NCBI GenBank assembly: GCA_029858565.1
Contig: JAOUEV010000003.1
Location: 80,074-144,073, forward strand
Length of the DNA stretch: 64,000 bases
Origin: Nitrospirota bacterium
Lineage (GTDB): Bacteria > Nitrospirota > UBA9217
Direction: 5' to 3'
Shown here: positions 58,532 to 64,000 of the stretch, piece after piece
How the letters are laid out: each line of letters begins with the position of its first letter
How positions within the stretch are numbered: the stretch's first letter is position 1
Position numbers and translations under genes: made by a program
Notes under the pieces: model-generated
Seen by the model: the letters and a program-made list of their open reading frames with translations, nothing else
Told to the model about the DNA's origin: nothing
The model's database searches: none

Positions 58532-58560
58532 AAAAAAAAGAGGTAGGCAATGCCTACCCC
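58532..58560 (-). terminator. intrinsic terminator after secG
   Basis: Minus strand GGGGTAGGC-att-GCCTACCTC followed by T8. Confidence 0.8.
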
Positions 58561-58593
58561 TGATCAACGTCAGCGATTAAAGTCCTCTGCAGC

Positions 58594-58926
58594 TTATTTC
58601 TGAGCAGGCGCTGCCGGCGCTCCGGACGGGGGCGCAAGCGGAACAGCCGGGGCTGACTGCTGGGTCGGCTCGGGTTTCACGCTTTCCATGATCGAGCTTT
58701 TCCTGGCCGAGGTTATTGCCAGGGTGAAGGACGTGATCATGAAGATGATCGCGGCCGATGTGGTGAGCTTTGCAAGGAAACTCTGCGCCCCCCGGGGGCC
58801 GAAGACCGTGTTCGATGCCCCGCCGAAGGCCGCGCCGATGTCAGCGCCTTTGCCTTTCTGCAGAAGCACCATGGTGATCAGAATGGACGAAACGATGACA
58901 TGAAGTGAAACCAGTACATACCGCAT
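58594..58926 (-). CDS. secG: preprotein translocase subunit SecG
   Basis: VLLQKGKGADIGAAFGG, FLAKLT; downstream of tpiA. Confidence 0.95.
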   Translation of the reverse strand: MRYVLVSLHVIVSSILITMVLLQKGKGADIGAAFGGASNTVFGPRGAQSFLAKLTTSAAIIFMITSFTLAITSARKSSIMESVKPEPTQQSAPAVPLAPPSGAPAAPAQK

Positions 58927-59058
58927 TGCAACTACCTCCTTGGATTGGAACGCTGAAGCTGGAAAAGAAGGATTAAGGGACGAAGGAGTATGCAGGATGA
59001 TTTTGCGATCCTTTTGATCCTTGGCCGCTTCCGATCCTTATGCTGTTTCTTCTTCCGC

Positions 59059-59820
59059 TTATTTGAAATTCACCAGTGCTGCAAAGGACTCCGGTTTCAG
59101 GCTGGCGCCGCCCACGAGCGCGCCATCGATGTCCGGCATGGCCATGAGCTGGGAGACGTTCTCAGGCGTCACGCTTCCTCCGTACTGGATGCGGAGACCT
59201 TCGGCTGTATCCGCGCTGTAGAGCGATTTCACCTTGTTCCGGATGAGGGCGTGGACCTCGTTCGCCTGCTCGGGCGTCGCTGTTTTGCCGGTGCCGATGG
59301 CCCATACCGGTTCGTAGGCGATGACGACCTTCTTCATATCGTCGGGAGAGAGGTCTTTCAGTCCGCCGGTCACCTGGCGGCCGATGATCTCGTTCAACTT
59401 GCCGGCCTCACGCTCCGCAAGGGTTTCGCCCACGCACATGATCGGCAGGAGTCCCTTTTTGAGCGCCTGTTTTACCTTCTTGTTGACACTTTCGTCGGTC
59501 TCGCCAAAATACTGGCGCCGTTCACTGTGCCCGATGATAACATATTTACATCCAGAATCCAACAGCATATCAGCCGATATCTCTCCGGTGAACGCGCCCT
59601 TTTCCTCCCAGTGGAGGTTCTGGGCAGACAGGCCGATGTTCGAGCCCTTGATCGCCTCTGCAACCGCGGAGAGTGACGTGAAGGGCGGGCCGAGCACGAT
59701 GTCGCGGTCCTTGACAGCGGATACAAGCGGGATGAGCTTTGATGCCAGCTCCCGAGCCTGGGTTGCGGTCATGTTCATTTTCCAGTTGCCGGCAAGTATC
59801 GGTCTTCGTTTGGGATGCAT
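59059..59820 (-). CDS. tpiA: triosephosphate isomerase
   Basis: AGNWKM, GAFTGEIS, IGHSERR, AYEPVWAIGTG, YGGSV, LVGGASL. Confidence 0.98.
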   Translation of the reverse strand: MHPKRRPILAGNWKMNMTATQARELASKLIPLVSAVKDRDIVLGPPFTSLSAVAEAIKGSNIGLSAQNLHWEEKGAFTGEISADMLLDSGCKYVIIGHSERRQYFGETDESVNKKVKQALKKGLLPIMCVGETLAEREAGKLNEIIGRQVTGGLKDLSPDDMKKVVIAYEPVWAIGTGKTATPEQANEVHALIRNKVKSLYSADTAEGLRIQYGGSVTPENVSQLMAMPDIDGALVGGASLKPESFAALVNFK

Positions 59821-59823
59821 ATT

Positions 59824-61017
59824 CTACTCCTTATCGTCCGTAAGCGCGGCCAGGCCCGGCAGTTCCTTGCCCTCCAAGAGCTCGAGCGACGCGCCGCCGC
59901 CGGTGGAAATGAACGTGATGCTGTCGGACACGCCCGCTTTATGCACGGCTACGTCGGTATCTCCGCCGCCCACGATGGTTGTTGCGTAGGAATCCGCCAC
60001 AGCCCGGGCAATGGCAAAAGTGCCGCGGGAGTAGGCGTCCTTCTCGAACATGCCCATGGGGCCGTTCCAGATGATGGTCTTGGCGTCCTGGATCGCCTCC
60101 GCAAAGAGCCGCACGGTGGCCGGGCCGATGTCGAGGCCCACCCAGCCCTTCGGGATCTCCTGGGAAGTGACGATCTTGGTCTCGGCGCCGTCGTTCATGT
60201 TCTCGGCCACGACAAAGTCCACGGGAAGGTAGAACTTGACGCCCTTCTCGCGGGCGCTGTTCCGGATGCGCATCGCCGTTTCGAGCATGTCATTCTCGAC
60301 GAGGGAGTTGCCGCATTCCTCGCCCCAGGCTTTGTTGAACGTAAAGGCCATGGCGCCGCCGACGATCACCTTGTCCACCTTGTCCTTCAGGTTCTCGATC
60401 ACGCCGATCTTGCCCGAGACCTTGGCCCCGCCGAGGATGGCCACGAAAGGCCGCACCGGATTCGCCACGGCTTTCTGGAGATAGGTGATCTCCTTCTTCA
60501 TCAGGAAGCCGGCCACCGAGAGCATCACGTGTTTGGTGATGCCATGGGTCGAGGCATGGGCACGGTGGGCCGTGCCGAAGGCGTCGTTCACGTACACATC
60601 GGTGAACGCGGCAAGCGCCCTGGAGAAGGCATCGTCGTTCTTTTCCTCTTCAGCGTGGAAGCGCAGGTTCTCCAGAAGCAGCACGTCGCCGGGACGCATG
60701 CCCTGTACCTGGTGCTCCACGTCAGGGCCGATACAATCCTTGGCGAACTGCACCTCCTTGTTCAGGAGACGCGATAAACGGGTCGCAACAGGCGCCAGGC
60801 TGTACTTGGGCGACGGTTTTCCCTTGGGCCGGCCCAGGTGCGAGGCAAGGATGACCTTCGCGCCCGCATCCAGTGCGTAATTGATCGTCGGCAGGGTGGA
60901 GCGGATGCGGGTGTCGTCGCTGATGTTGCCGTTCTCGTCGAAGGGCACGTTGAAATCAGCGCGGATGAAAACCCGTTTGTTCTTGAGATCGATCTTGTCG
61001 ATGGTCTTTTTGCCCAT
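59824..61017 (-). CDS. pgk: phosphoglycerate kinase
   Basis: [49 protein letters not shown]. Confidence 0.98.
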   Translation of the reverse strand: MGKKTIDKIDLKNKRVFIRADFNVPFDENGNISDDTRIRSTLPTINYALDAGAKVILASHLGRPKGKPSPKYSLAPVATRLSRLLNKEVQFAKDCIGPDVEHQVQGMRPGDVLLLENLRFHAEEEKNDDAFSRALAAFTDVYVNDAFGTAHRAHASTHGITKHVMLSVAGFLMKKEITYLQKAVANPVRPFVAILGGAKVSGKIGVIENLKDKVDKVIVGGAMAFTFNKAWGEECGNSLVENDMLETAMRIRNSAREKGVKFYLPVDFVVAENMNDGAETKIVTSQEIPKGWVGLDIGPATVRLFAEAIQDAKTIIWNGPMGMFEKDAYSRGTFAIARAVADSYATTIVGGGDTDVAVHKAGVSDSITFISTGGGASLELLEGKELPGLAALTDDKE

Positions 61018-61032
61018 GATGAACCTCGGAAT

Positions 61033-61113
61033 AAGCGACAAGTGACAAGCGACAAGTGACAAGCAAGGGCTAGCCTCAAACCACTCGTCACTCGTATCTC
61101 GTCGCTCGTCTCT
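61033..61113. repeat. inverted-repeat element of GTGACAA 7-mers
   Basis: aagcgacaagtgacaagcgacaagtgacaag ... actcgtcactcgtatctcgtcgctcgtctct between gap and pgk. Confidence 0.78.
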
Positions 61114-61116
61114 GTT

Positions 61117-63467
<2,351 letters not shown>

Positions 63468-64000
63468 GGGTTGAAATCCTTGGAAAAAAGGGGCTTTGCA
63501 AGACTTCACGTTATAGCACAAGCCCTGTTTTCATGTCAACATTTTTTCAGGAGGAACCGGCTTGGTGAACATGCTTGGAATCGGCGAATATCCTTTGAAA
63601 GCATTGGGTTGAGCGCTTGTTTTATGCCGGGCGAGCGTCAGACAATGTGCAGGATTTTTCATGTCCCGACGGCCTCCGTATCGATTATTCTGCTGCCGGA
63701 GGTATCGATGCCTGCTTCTGGCGGCAACTCCCGGCCAGAAATATTCAAGCAGGAAATCCATGGGGCGTCTTCCGGAAGAGGAAGGTGCGAGGTGATTCGG
63801 GAATTCGTCCTACTTAGTAATGTAGAAATGAGCATGCCCGCATCCCTTCCGTTCAAGTATAACACCGATCCCGATTTCCTGCGGCGAAGGCACCCCAATC
63901 CCGCGATAGAAAGATGCCGTGAGAAACAAAAAAACCTTGCTGGCCGCTGTAGAAGCGGATATAAAAGGATTGCCGCCAAGCAAATCCTTTCACCAACAAG

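Noticed and set aside
58555-58600. tRNA-Leu often found after secG
   Set aside because: No cloverleaf or T-loop GTTCGA motif; only a terminator is present.
61018-61062. pgk extension [10 protein letters not shown]..., also the 6047 start and ORFs 24512-24736 and 32000-32224
   Set aside because: These are translations of the intergenic repeat elements.
63500-64000. Short ORFs at the right edge of the window
   Set aside because: No recognisable motif or convincing RBS; a gene may start near the edge but cannot be supported from this window.

Overview
GC-rich bacterial chromosome segment. Gene content is consistent with an anaerobic diderm such as a Nitrospirota or Desulfobacterota-like organism (inference only). 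The housekeeping backbone is cdsA-dxr-rseP-ispG-proS, a GspE/PulE ATPase, a CorC/HlyC protein, mdh plus two-subunit fumarase, apt, a four-gene group 3b [NiFe]-hydrogenase, peptidoglycan recycling genes (namZ, murU-amgK fusion), a Lon-type protease, ilvA, pcnB, a 6S-like RNA, rlmD, a GAF histidine kinase with its receiver, glgA/galT, hemE-hemH-hemY, ABC transporters and gap-pgk-tpiA-secG. Accessory inserts are an MNT-HEPN pair with a broken toxin, an HTH-Panacea/RelE-like pair, an AT-rich island (Ser/Thr kinase, unknown protein, convergent PD-(D/E)XK nuclease), an XcyI-like restriction-modification cassette between REP-like repeats, two integron-type cassettes without an integrase, and a nucleotidyltransferase module flanked by a duplicated hemY 3' end. 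Three signals stand out. (1) A GxxExxY nuclease gene is enclosed by inverted repeats built from 8-nt tandem units, and empty, nested and even in-frame copies of such elements fill many intergenic spaces, suggesting a REPIN-like mobile system not based on RAYT. (2) An unannotated NifU/Nfu-like selenoprotein has a CxxU motif and a SECIS-like hairpin. (3) The kinase island is a candidate defence system. All calls come from reading the sequence; no database searches were run.
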